Positions 52,207 to 64,000 of a stretch of DNA of 64,000 bases are shown here, in pieces. Position 1 is the first letter of the stretch, and the number at the start of each line of letters is the position of its first letter. The position numbers and the translations under genes were made by a program. Source of the DNA: Bigelowiella natans CCMP2755 (Eukaryota; Protista; Cercozoa); contig ADNK01000765.1 of the NCBI GenBank assembly GCA_000320545.1, forward strand, positions 1-64,000, read 5' to 3'. The notes beneath the pieces were generated by a model, which was not told the origin of the DNA, searched no databases, and worked only from the letters and a program-made list of their open reading frames with translations.

Positions 52207-54466
52207 CTATGACGAACCTGATATAACGTTGGAAAGTGCTGCCGAAATTGCACCGCACATGTCCGAGTCGTACTCGTACTTCTCGTAAAACCTGCTCCCA
52301 GCAGCAATTAACAGCATCAGGTAGGGTGAAGGAACGTGTATGATGATGATAATGATAATGATAACGACGATGAAAAGGCAACGGAGGAGAACCACGAGTC
52401 GCATGATGAATTAATTCGCTTGTATACGAGGAGGAGGGGGAGGAGAAGAAGAAACGAAACACCGGCCATTACTTTATCCAATACGCAGGCATTCCCGGAT
52501 CTTGCTTCTCCCCAGATACCGGTGCTTCACCATCTGCCTTGATTGCTGCTGCCTCCCTGGCAGCCTTGACTAGGGAGAGAGATTCTGGATTGTCCTGTGA
52601 AAGAACATGATGGTGTTCGTGGAAAATTTACTACACGTGCGTGGTACAACGCAACTATGCAACTTTTCCTCCCCTGCCCTGGACAAATACTGCATTTAAA
52701 CATACCTTCAAAAGTATCTGAGCTCTCGTTGCTACGCGCTGGGACATCTCTGCGAAGTCTTCGTTTCCATTGCGACGATGAGCGAGGACCATTGCGGTTG
52801 GCATCACCTTAATTAATACAATTTTGAGCAACGGCATACAGCAGACTATTTTATTCTTATGTTGTCCCTACAATCACACAAACTTTAAAATGTCATTACT
52901 CATGTGTGTGCTGTGAGTGCTGTGTGTGTGTGTGTGTGTAACATACGTGTGGCACCATGAATGGAATTCTTCATTTCTTACCGTATTCATGACAAGGAGT
53001 GGCCCTACAACCTGTTAGAAGAGGAGGAGGAGGAGGAGGAAGAAGAAGAAGTTGAAGAAGAAAAGTAATGGTTTTGCCGATCTCTAGAGTTGTAACAAAA
53101 CATATTCTTGCGCAGTATAAGATTGTGCCTCTTCTCTTCTTCCTCCTTCTCCCCATCTCATCCTCCTCCTCCACAGTAATGTCATAACCACGGCGACATT
53201 GTACCTTGTTGTCTGCCTCCTTCAATGCATCACTTATGAGTGGAACGGGAGGATTGCTACACGAAAGGATATATGTTGTAGTAGCTATGAGTGTTTAATT
53301 CGCATACAGTCATGATTCATCGTCATCACGCTTGTCGTTGTCGGTCTAATATTGCTCAAATTTTTGCTGCACACAACAAACCTGTCTGCGAGTGTACGCG
53401 ATCCGTCTTCGTTTTCAGATGTCAGAAAGCTCACGAAAAATCCTCGAGCTCCGGCCTGAGTTACAATTGCACGACTAGGTATTAATATTATATATTTATG
53501 ACATGCTAGCTACAGATGATTTCGTTTCTGCAAACTGTTATTATCCACCTCTTTCTGGAGTAGCGCTTGTAAGACTTCTTTCGTCGTCTTATCATCCTTC
53601 TGCAAACATCATAATTATTGCCTGAACTTTCTAAATTTTACCACATATTCAGTAGAATAGGGTCAGCACCTTGTCCTCGAGACGCTCTGATACGAGAGTC
53701 CCAATTGCTATCGAATCTTCAAAACCTGCCTGCGATATGACCCGAAAGGAACAATTTTGTGGGTGAAATCTCCAATTAACGCAATGGTGTCTACCTTCTT
53801 CACTTCTTCCAGGGTGGGGAAGGACCCTCCTGCATCATCACTGCTACCTGCTGGACGATAGTAGCAAACCAGGATGTTTCAGACCAACATCGACTTCATT
53901 TGCCACGGGAACTTACCCGCAAAACGGTGAAGAAGGCGAGAAACTCCTCTCCACGGATGACGATGACGACTTTCCGTGCGAACGTATTGTTTGTAAGTTA
54001 AAGACTTCGTGCTCGAATGGAGTAGCCCTCTTTGACGGCAGCGCGCTGCAGCAGGTAACTTCGCAGCAAATGCCGTCGAAGCTGTAAATGCTGTAGGAGG
54101 AAATCAAGGAAGAGAATATCATACATTTCGCAAGTAGCTCAGCAAATCGAAGCGCGCACACTGTAATGCAAGTAGTAAGATGGTAAGAGGTCTGAAGATA
54201 CTCGAATATCACTGAAACGAACCTGCGATGAATGTGAGCGATAAGGTCGCGAATCTTAGCCTTGCCATTATTGCCACAACGTCTGAAAGATATTTCGGTT
54301 AGTCAGGGATGGGTGCTTTCCTCATTAAAATCAGATACCCTCTTACTCGTGCAATTGCAAGGTGAGGACACAGAGGAACGGTCGTGTGAGTCGTGTGGTC
54401 CCAGAAGGATGTTGATGATGAGCAAGGTAGAACGTTTATTATCGAGATAATAACCAAGAAGCTCAT
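52207..54466 (-). CDS. Conserved hypothetical protein resembling a cyanobacterial/algal family, probably plastid-targeted, multi-exon
   Basis: GARGFFVSFLT..LVMNTV|MPTAMVLAHRRNGNEDFAEMSQRVATRAQILL..YEYDSDMCGAISAAL, with a hydrophobic N-terminal exon. Family recognised from memory, not searched. Confidence 0.55.
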
Positions 54467-55095
54467 GTCTTATCTCAAAAAAATGTTACCTCGATCGGTC
54501 GGGATGATATTCGAATATTTATATTTAGATTAGCTGTCATCATCGGGGAATAAATGTCTAAGAGTTGCTCACACTCACTCGATTGTGGAACGACGGGTGC
54601 AAATCCGTGCTCCTGACAGAGTGTGAAGCGTTCACCAAAACGACCTGGATATGTGATCTATTTCATTCAAGATATCGCCATACTTCCAAAAAAACCGAGA
54701 ACAAAGCTCATCCTGATTGATCCCCATTCTGCGCCTTTCTCCTTTGATTTTCGGTTGAAACCCCCTTCATTCTGACAGACATCTGGACATCTCTACGAAC
54801 AGGATTATCGCGCGGTTTCGAGATTATCTGAAAATATCACGCTGCGTACAAAAAGGGTTATATTTTATTGGGTACGGTAAAAGAATAGGGATGTCGTTAA
54901 TATGAAATGAAAAGCATCCACGGTCTGTGCGTACGTCGTTTGATAGGAAATCAAACCACGCCTTCTTAGCTTGCTTGTGAAAGGGATCCGAACACCTTCC
55001 TAGGCACATACCACAAATTTCCCATCCGCTAACTACCTGCAAGGCGCCCCATCTACATTTGCTCCTTATTATCAAGTGCATATTAAAATTAAATC

Positions 55096-56282
55096 ATGTC
55101 TGACGGACAAGGAGCAGCTCCAGAAGGTCAGTGGTGTTGTTCGAGAGATTTGGGAGGTGGGTGGTGCAGCACGCCAACAGCGTCTGAGTATCATTGCTGG
55201 GTATGCATGTCTTTCCAATGTGAATATTTAATGAGTTTGCCCATTTTACAGGAGAATCGCAAGGAGGATGCTGTAATAAATGCATCGAGAAACTGAAAAA
55301 TTTGGACCCGTCAACCCTGAGCTACATCATGAAGATTATCAACATCATCAATGCAGGCCTTCTGGCATTTACTGGAGTTTGGGTGTTCATCTCTCAGTCT
55401 GTAGATCTTCTATTGGTTTTGGCGGCGATGTATGTCATGTAAGTATATCTTCCGACCAAGAAATATTTGCAGGCACCTCTGATTCCCATTTTTTTGTAAA
55501 ATTCACAGCATGTTCAGTATGATTCTTCTATTCTGGGAACTCCGACTTGAAGCGTGCAACCTTTGCTTTTTAAGAAACATGGGATTTATGTTCAGCTGGC
55601 GAGGAAGGCTCTTGTTCTTCATCTTGTAATCTTCCATAAATATATATTCGACGTAAACTTGGCTCTTACCAATGACTTTATTTAGTGTGGGCACTCTCGC
55701 ATTCGGACTGGGTACTCCGGGACTCGTCATTGGAATCTTCACATTTGTCAACGCCGCATGGAATGTCACTATTGTTTGTATTCACCCAAAATACTTCGAG
55801 CAACAGCGTGAGATAGGTGAGAAAGAAATGGCAAGCGCACTTCGGACTGAAGCGGTATCTTCCATTTCACAGATATTCACATTATCGACTTTCAATATTT
55901 CTGTGAAATGAAAATATTTTTACATCCTTTTTCGAGAATATTTTCTCAGCCCTCCTTGTGGTGATTTAATCTTTCAGGCCAGGTTCGCTGCAAAACAAGC
56001 TGGGGCGCCACAGGCCGCAGGTGTTATCGAAGAGGGACTGAACCAAGCTCATGAGATGAAGCAGTGGGAAGATGAGCAGAAAGCTGCGACTCCTGCTTCA
56101 GCACCTGCTGCTGGTGGGAGCGACCTCCCAGCTGGATGGGAACAAAGAACAGACGAGCACTCCGGTATGGAAACCCACGACGCCGCCTACGAAACTTGAA
56201 TAATAAGTGTGATTACTTCTCAGGCACTCCTTATTGGGTTAACGCTACGACTGGAGAACAGAGCTGGGAAAAACCATCTTAA
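55096..56282 (+). CDS. COPI-associated (TVP15-like) membrane protein with C-terminal WW domain
   Basis: LFWEL..RNMGFMFSWRGRLLFFIF|VGTL (COPI_assoc) and LPAGWEQRTDEHS|GTPYWVNATTGEQSWEKP (WW). Confidence 0.85.
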
Positions 56283-56639
56283 TTAATTACTGTCATAGCG
56301 ATTGTATGTCTGATATCTCATTTTGTGAGCTCCAGTTTTTGCGATGAAGACATTTGATGTGATGTGGTGAAACTGAAAAAAGTCTCCAAATTTATGAGAT
56401 AGAAAGAAATGTTCATGAATAGGAAGTTTCCAGAAAATATTTAATACTGAAGTTCGTATGGCTTTGTTTCAATAGAATTTTGACTGCATCTGGCAGATTG
56501 ACATTGAAATAATCCCGGAAGACATTGCAGCACAACACATCTTGTTTAAATATTATAGCTATAATCTACTGTGCAACAAATTCAGACTTGATTCGCTCAA
56601 AGCATATAGCTGCGTGCGTGGCTATAGACGCAGTATATA

Positions 56640-56678
<39 letters not shown>

Positions 56679-56988
56679 AGTATATTAATATATACTCTAC
56701 ACGTATGTCTATTGTCATACAGGTCCTTCATGATGTATGACAGTATATATAATATGTATATACAGTGTATTATACATATGATATATATATACGTATGTCA
56801 ATGGTCGTACTAATATATAATGCGTTTGCTCGCGTATTACTTGCATAGCAACTACTTGCATGTAATGATGCTATTATAGCGCGCTTGGCTCCATGTACAG
56901 CACCGCAGATATTGGAAAATTGATTGTTGAGTCTGACGTGACAGCATAGTCTTATATAAAATTTGCGCATTTATATTTCATTATTACA

Positions 56989-57137
56989 ATGCATTTTCAT
57001 GCATGCATGCAACATGTGACCAAGGAAACGAACATACACAATTTAAGCGCTGTAGCCGCTATAGGTACCGCTACATTGCATAGCTACATTAGGATGACCA
57101 TTGGAAAAATTTAAACATTTCATTACATCCGTCTCAT
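56989..57137 (+). mobile_element. LINE 3' fragment, copy D (subfamily of copy A)
   Basis: Near-identical to 20221-20352 but retains more TpA. Confidence 0.88.
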
Positions 57138-57263
57138 ATTTCATTGTTTACACTTTACACATCGTATGCCTCTATGCACAACTATGAGTTGCGCTACGTA
57201 TACATGCAGCGCAGATGTGTGATGATGTATCAGATGCACCTAGCTAGCTTAATAATTGTACAT

Positions 57264-57325
57264 ATGAGACGGATGTAATGAATAATTAAATTTTTTCAAT
57301 GGTCATCCTGATGTAGCTGTGCAAA
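57264..57325 (-). mobile_element. LINE 3' tip, copy E, inverted relative to D
   Basis: Reverse complement reads gcacagctacatcaggatgaccattgaaaaaatttaattattcattacatccgtctca. Confidence 0.85.
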
Positions 57326-57518
57326 TGTACATGGCACGCTTATACGGCGCACGTACATGCATATACATACATGCATCGCAGCTAGGCGGCCCGAACATAC
57401 GCAGTAATAATAGTGCAGCTCCACGACATGCGCAACATGCAGTCACACTAGATCGAAGAAGCAGCGCACAGCGTGTGCTAGCGCGTATCATGCGTCCGCC
57501 ACACAGCATAGCTGTATA

Positions 57519-57609
57519 CAAGCGCTGTAGCCGCAGCTTTGCATAGCTACATTATTAGGATGACTATTGCATTAATAAAAGATTTAATTTTTACTAGCTT
57601 CCGTCTCAC
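57519..57609 (+). mobile_element. Degenerate LINE 3' tip, copy F
   Basis: agcgctgtagccgc..gcatagctacattattaggatgactattg..ccgtctca. Confidence 0.75.
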
Positions 57610-57810
57610 AATTGAAAATTTAACATTCTTTACATCGATTCGTCTTACAATTAAAAAAGTAGCTGTGTCCCATCGTATCGTCAACTATCTACCAAGCACC
57701 GCTACATCTAGACATGCAAACACAAACGTGCCAATTTTAGTATTTAACAGTTAACTTCATGCGTACACAAAGTCTTGCTTGTGTAAGCCAGCAAGAAGCC
57801 CAATGATCCA

Positions 57811-59355
57811 TCATATTAGGCAACTCAATCCAGACTGAAGAGGATGAGGGATGCATCCAGTAGGAACATTGAAATTTGCTGCACCCGTGATAGGTTGTTG
57901 CGCTGGACAGTAGCTCTTACCTGCAGCCAAGGTTCCGTGAAGAGAACTTACTTGAGAAGCCGAGAGTTCTGCGGACATGATGATGGCCTGCCAAATTTTC
58001 CCTATGAAAGGATATCCACCCCCTTCGTACTCATATCCAACATGTAATTCTTCCCCACCATTCACACCGCTGAATGACCCAGTGCTTTTGAGAATTCCGT
58101 CTATGTACACTTTCCCTGTGTAGGAACCTGCAGACACGGCGCTACGCGTGAAAACGATGGAATGCGCTGATACTCGTCCAGCGGAGTCAAATATCCCCGG
58201 ACTAGGATCAAATGAAGAGATGTAGTTTCCATCTTGAACACCTAGGGCGGTGTTTCCAGAATTCTTACCGACAAACCATTGAGTCCCGCCCGAGGTGTCT
58301 TTCCCACCGAAGATCGCTGAATAAGTCCGTGAATTTGTTCCTGTGTACTGGAACCAGGCAGCCACGGTGTATGCACCACCTCCTCCACTTGCGGTAATCA
58401 AATCAGACATCTTGAGGCCTGTGTTGATAGAGCCAGAACTGAAGACAAGATGATCCCCCGAGCTGCTAACGCCACCTGAAATGGTTCCATCGTTCCCCCG
58501 TGCGCTAATATCCTTTATTACTCCGCCATTCACTGGACTTATGCCAGGGTTATAGTAAGCCACAACTGAATTTGGACAAACGGCTGCTCCACAGTGTAGA
58601 TCATTTCTAGCAAGCCTTCCGTGAAGGATTGCCGCCTCTGCAGCACTAAATTCCGTTTTTAGGATAATTGCTTGCCAGATTTTGCCTTTGAACGAATAAG
58701 CTCCTCCGAATTCCTTTCCTATAGTGAGTTCCTCTTGATTATTGACACCAGTAAAGCTCGCACTTGCCTTAAACGCGCCATCGATGTACACTTTCCCTGT
58801 GTAACTGCCACCAGAAGCTGCGCTACGAGTGTAGATGATGGAGTGAGCTGACGCCCGTCCTGCGGCGTCGAATATCCCAGGACTAGCAACGAAATTGGAA
58901 CGGTAGTTTCCATCTTGAACACCAAGGGCGGTGTTGCCAGAATTCTTACCAATGAACCATTCAGTCCCGCCTGTGGCGTCTTTTCCACCAAAGATCGCTG
59001 AGTAGGTCTGTGAATCTGTTCCCGTGTATTGAAACCATGCTGCCACGGTATACGTACCAGCGCCACCGCTTGCCGCGATGACATCGGACATTTTTATCCC
59101 TGTGAGTATGGAGCCGCCATTGAAGGCGACATGATGGCCTGATGTGGACACACTCCCTTCCACGGTACCGTCATTGCCACGCGGCCCCAAGTCTTTCCAT
59201 TTGCCACCTGAGATCGGGGAGGCGTCTTGGTGATAGTAGGCCAGCACATCAGATGTACAACCCTGCAAAGCGTGAACGGGTGCGCTGAGTAGCAGCACCA
59301 TCAAGAAATGGAGCACCCGTAATGTTCTATTTCCATCCATGGCCATCATCTGCAT
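57811..59355 (-). CDS. Intronless secreted protein with two tandem LamG/ConA-like (Laminin_G_3) beta-sandwich domains
   Basis: Signal-like VLHFLMVLLLSAPVHA, then two roughly 225-aa repeats (KD...RGNDGT..G, YTVAAWF, GKVYIDG, F.GKIWQAII....S). The ORF is open to 59424. Confidence 0.8.
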   Translation of the reverse strand: MQMMAMDGNRTLRVLHFLMVLLLSAPVHALQGCTSDVLAYYHQDASPISGGKWKDLGPRGNDGTVEGSVSTSGHHVAFNGGSILTGIKMSDVIAASGGAGTYTVAAWFQYTGTDSQTYSAIFGGKDATGGTEWFIGKNSGNTALGVQDGNYRSNFVASPGIFDAAGRASAHSIIYTRSAASGGSYTGKVYIDGAFKASASFTGVNNQEELTIGKEFGGAYSFKGKIWQAIILKTEFSAAEAAILHGRLARNDLHCGAAVCPNSVVAYYNPGISPVNGGVIKDISARGNDGTISGGVSSSGDHLVFSSGSINTGLKMSDLITASGGGGAYTVAAWFQYTGTNSRTYSAIFGGKDTSGGTQWFVGKNSGNTALGVQDGNYISSFDPSPGIFDSAGRVSAHSIVFTRSAVSAGSYTGKVYIDGILKSTGSFSGVNGGEELHVGYEYEGGGYPFIGKIWQAIIMSAELSASQVSSLHGTLAAGKSYCPAQQPITGAANFNVPTGCIPHPLQSGLSCLI

Positions 59356-59417
59356 CGCTGTTGTGACGAAACCTACAAATTTACAAATTGCCCTAGATAT
59401 ATTACACATCGAATTCA

Positions 59418-59728
59418 GGTTCATCTCTCAAGATTTCGTACTGTCATTGCGCGGCAAGACCAGAATGTTGCATGCGATTTTTGTAATGCGACATCCAGAA
59501 TAGTCCCTGTAGCATAAAAATACCATCATTTCTGCCCATTCTGTGCGACGCTCGCTCGTAGCTCTTGTCGTCGAGCGATGCATTTAACTCATCTGGGTGA
59601 ATTCCATGTAGATCTAGATCTAGATCTAATCCATGAATTTCTAGACTTCCATGGACTACTTTAAGACCGACAGAAGACAAGTTTTGTTTTCGGAAATCCT
59701 GAAATCTTGAAATCTTGAGAGATGAACC
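59418..59728. mobile_element. MITE with 20-bp perfect terminal inverted repeats
   Basis: ggttcatctctcaagatttc (59418-59437) and gaaatcttgagagatgaacc (59709-59728). Flanked by CA on the left and TA on the right, consistent with a TA target-site duplication. Confidence 0.75.
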
Positions 59729-59955
59729 TAAAACCGAAATATATCTAGGAATCTAGGCGAAATCTTTTAACCGACTGGGGAAAATGAGCGTCTTACTTAA
59801 CCCCTCCCCAGCATTTGTGTTTTTGCTTTACTTATTACGACACTTATATTTAATTGTCGCATGCATATAATTGCAGTCCGGTCTCCTCCTTCCATTTCAC
59901 GACCCGAGGATTCCAGAAGAGAGAGAGAGAGCAGTACGATTTGGAACTCGTACGC

Positions 59956-61822
59956 ATGGTGGACTACTCCCGCTTCGACCAGCTCTCTAAGCAGCTGGAC
60001 GAGGAGGAAGTCCAGGAGAAGCAGAAGCGCCGAAATGAATCGATGCAGCGCTACTACAAGGAGCAGAAACTCAAACAGGAAGAGTGGGAGGCCAGGGTCT
60101 GTAGCTCACCATTCAGGCTTCGATTCGGCATCGTCTCACCTTTTCCAATATAACTGTTGTTTGGTGATAGCACGGGCATAAAGATGGCCACGGTCATGCG
60201 CACGGGGGACACTCATGTGGACATGGACATGGCGCGGAAGGAGCAGGCGATCGAAGTAGTCGTTCGAAGCAACCACCCAAGAAGCGGAGCGGGTGCATGG
60301 GCTGCGTCGCTGCTTCCGCTGACCCTTCTGCACTACAAGAGATGATGTAAGGATATTCTCCCGATTCAATTGTGACAGATCCTATCATTGTTATTATTGT
60401 TATTCTCCCACGTATTACTGTTGCGTATCTTGATTCAGAGAGGAGAGCAAGCGGATAGAAAAGGAACCCAAAGAACCAGAGATGACAATAGAGGTGAGTG
60501 TATTAATCATCATATTTTGGCTTGGATAAAGAACTTTGTGCGATGCTCTGTATGACGAATACAACTGAAGTGCTCCACCGAAAACAAAAAATTCAAAATA
60601 GATTATTGAATGGTTGCATCAGGAGAAAAACACCAAGAAGATCAAAGCTGTAGAGGCCACAAGGATAGATGGTAAAGGCAGATACACTTCAATTCACTCT
60701 TGGTTGCAGACTGATGTTGGTAGCTTCAGGCAAAAAATTCTTCCAAAAGGGGGACTACCGAACAGCGTTACAGATTTACAACAGGGTAAAAATTGCATCT
60801 AGGCTCGCATGGCCTTCGCTAATAGCCTATCGCCCATCTGATCGTTGGCCGCATATATGTTTCTGTATCAGGGTGCTCTCATATGCAATGGGATTTATGA
60901 CCTCTCCGATGAGTTGTGGACAGTGGTGCAAGAACACGAGGTGAGGGGAGGGGAGGGGAGGAGGTGAGGTGTCGCACATTCACAAATATACCACGGAGCG
61001 CGATGGGGGGGGGGGGTGAACCATCGTGTCGTACAGTTTCGATTCAACGTGTGATGTCAAGCCTAATCCACAAGGCTGGTGCTGCTGCCATGCACAGTTA
61101 CACATACTACTACAATGAAAGGTCGTTCTCGATGTGAACATAGCAACCTGTCATCTGAAGTTGAAGGAGTATCAAGAGGTGAGAAGGGGGAATCTCCTGA
61201 GCCATAGCATTGTGATAATACGTTATAAGAGAGATGGGCGCCATGGCAGTGCGTGAATGTGATCACTCTCACACGCTTACTTATTACAACCATTGCGTGT
61301 TGCTAAGCTTTGTGTTCTGCTGCTTCTTCCTGTGTATATTTTCTCAGGCTATTGAAAGATGCAAAATGGTCTTCGACTCTTCTTTCTCCCTCTCTCTCTT
61401 GCTTTTATCACCCAATCACCGCATCGCATTCCACCATTTGTCATCATTCTCTCCATAAGCATACATTCGAGGTGCATATTTGTGCAGGCTTTAGCTATTG
61501 ACAAGAAGCACGTCAAGGCCCACTATAGAATGGCACAGGTGCTGCATCACACATGCTAGACAGAGGCTTGTCGCGACCATGCAAATATGAGTATATACGC
61601 ATAACGTGTGAGAGAGGTATGTTGAAACCGCTCTCTCACCATCTTCCCATATGTTTTGTCGCTTTTGCTTCGATATGGTGCGTTCCGGGTCATGATTATG
61701 TCCCTCAATCCACTTTGCAACTTCGAAAGGCCAACCTTGAACTATTGGGTAAGACAATACCGAATATATATTTACAGAACATATCTGCGTGTTTGTGTCT
61801 GCATGCGTGCGTGCATAAATGC

Positions 61823-61862
<40 letters not shown>

Positions 61863-62328
61863 TGATGAATAATACGCACGCATGGATCAAAACTCAGAGT
61901 TTGAAAATGCCGAGAAGTCCCTCGAGAAGGCCAGAGAGTGTGGGCTTCAGACGAAAACTTTGTCGGTTATGCGCAAAAAAATCACGGCAGCCAGAAAGGA
62001 GCAGAGGAAGATAATGCGAAATTTTCAGCAGAAAATGGTCCCCTCCTCCTTCCCCATCCTTACCCAATAAATAATCCCCTTCTCCTAATCTTCTTTCGCG
62101 TTTCTACATAGTAAGAATACCTGCACATAATGCCACTTTTAACATACACTTACATAAAAGAGGCTTCCATTTCCCGTGTTGCTCTGATTTCTCCATGGCA
62201 TATTATTCGCCTTTGGCTCTCCTATCAGTTTTCTCCACATCCATTTCGGAGTGACAAGCCAACATTTTTCCTAATTTTAACCCGTGAACAACTAGGCTGC
62301 AAAGCTAGCCAATGGAGCTACTTTATGA
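59956..62328 (+). CDS. TPR-repeat protein with coiled-coil and His/Gly-rich N-terminus, multi-exon
   Basis: MVDYSRFD.., HGHKDGHGHAHGGHSCG, GKKFFQKGDYRTALQIYNR, ALAIDKKHVKAHYRMAQ, EFENAEKSLEKA. Confidence 0.78.
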
Positions 62329-62869
62329 AAACTAAAACGGCTTGATAGGCCATGCGATGAATGCTAGAATGTGCATGATCTAGATGATTTAGTAGCCCAA
62401 CGTATTCGATTGAATATGATCAAATTATTCAGCATGCTGCCACAACAAGTCTGTTTCTATTTATGCATGTGAGTCATTGCTGTGTCTGCATGCAATGCAA
62501 TGTTGCCGTATCCTCAAGAAATTATCGATGTAGAGATATGTCTACATGTGCTTTTCCCTGCGCACATTTAGAACGTCTTCTCACCAACAATAATGTAACG
62601 CTCGCGCAGCATGCTCATGTGTATGTGCCAGCTAAACTGGGCTCGCTAATATAGTAGTATCAAGGTTTCCAGTGGCTGCCTAGCACCTCGGCTAATATAA
62701 AGGTCAAAGCGATTGCAATGATGCATCTAGACATACGCACATCTAATAAAAATTCAAAATCCAACTGCTTTATCTAGTCATATCCAAGCTCGCCACGAGA
62801 TGGTGCCGTGCCTCCATGCGCACTGAAGGCACTGCTAAGCTAGTAAGGCATACTTACAGAATCTGTAAA

Positions 62870-62932
62870 AGGTTGCGATGTCCAGACCATTACTTAAACC
62901 GACAAAATGTGAGAGACCATTCGTCGCCTTCC

Positions 62933-62975
<43 letters not shown>

Positions 62976-63455
62976 AGGAAAATGTGAATGATCAGAACAA
63001 ATAGCTCAATAACAACAATAACCACCTCGCATGATAACACACACACCTTTAGAGTTTCTGCCATCTTCGCTATCATTCCTGTTCGGTCGTCGATGCTCTC
63101 CCCTCCCTCCTCACCGAACCTTTTGAAAGTGTTCCTCAACTCGCGGAGTTCCACTTCCCCCAGTCCTAGACGCATCTCCATTGCACGCTCTGTCGTGTCA
63201 GATAAACCGAGGTATTTCTGCGAAGAATCTTCTTCGTTATTCTCCTTGTAGCAGAGCAAGAGGAAGGCATTTCCTGTCGATGATTGATGAACAAACAGAG
63301 GCCTCTCAAGAACCGTGCATTCAAAATAAACGCAGACATCAGCGCGGCCCCTTTCGGTGAAGATGGGGGGGGATGGGGGCATGCCAGGAGGAAGAAGCCG
63401 AAAGTATAGCATAATTTATATCTTCAAAAGATATCTCTATATTTATACATCATTA

Positions 63456-63497
<42 letters not shown>

Positions 63498-64000
63498 TGT
63501 GTGTGTGTGCGTGTGTGTGTGCTATGTCGTACCACTTCTATAGTTGCTTTCCACGGTCACGATGTACACCTTATCAAATGCCTGTGATAGGATTCGGAAA
63601 CAACGATGTTGGCTTCGACAAAGGTCAAAACAGCTACGATGGCGGCGGCTTTTGCCACTTACTTTCACCGCATTATACGCACACATGCAGCAGCTGGAAT
63701 AAGCAGGTGGGTGAATACCACACACTATTCCAACCCTCCCCCCCCCCCCCCCCCTTCACCTCAACTGCCTTACGCAGGCACTCGCTCTTATGAGCCGGCG
63801 GTCCAACCATGTTGATGATAGCACATGCTGACCATTGAAGGAGGGGGGGGAAGAACAGAGCATCGATGAGGAAATCACTCTTCGGCGCCACTACGGCTGT
63901 ATTGCTCACAACACGATCAATCCCACCAAAATGCGACCATCTCACCTTCTCTGTCGTCCCTCATCGCACGCCGGAAGCATGTGAAGTCGTCGAGGCCCTG
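62870..64000 (-). CDS. 3' exons of an unidentified gene entering from the right edge
   Basis: Coding-like exons such as ENNEEDSSQKYLGLSDTTERAMEMRLGLGEVELRELRNTFKRFGEE between microsatellite introns. Confidence 0.45.

Overview
Intron-rich eukaryotic nuclear DNA with GT-AG introns and microsatellite-laden introns. Several N-termini look like signal peptide plus transit peptide, which suggests an alga with a secondary plastid, possibly a chlorarachniophyte (inference). Genes assembled by eye: PH+RasGEF, a secreted peptidoglycan-binding + YkuD-like protein, AlkB alkane monooxygenase, PhyH dioxygenase, a zf-4CXXC_R1 protein, exocyst Sec15, a stand-alone BLUF flavoprotein, an SDR, a DAGK/sphingosine-kinase-like protein, a cyanobacterial-type conserved protein, COPI_assoc+WW, a tandem LamG protein and a TPR protein. 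Intergenic zones hold LINE fragments, a Gypsy integrase remnant and a MITE. The main signal is that the LINE copies and some intergenic patches appear hypermutated at TpA dinucleotides on both strands (TA->TG or TA->CA), sparing CTA/TAG and especially CTAG. About 1.15 kb of the reverse transcriptase has no TpA, its Tyr codons appear as Cys/His, and paralogous copies differ by reciprocal CA/TG at the same sites, while neighbouring genes are untouched. This looks like a repeat-directed, adenine-targeting 'reverse RIP' genome-defence system. Exon boundaries are by-eye approximations.
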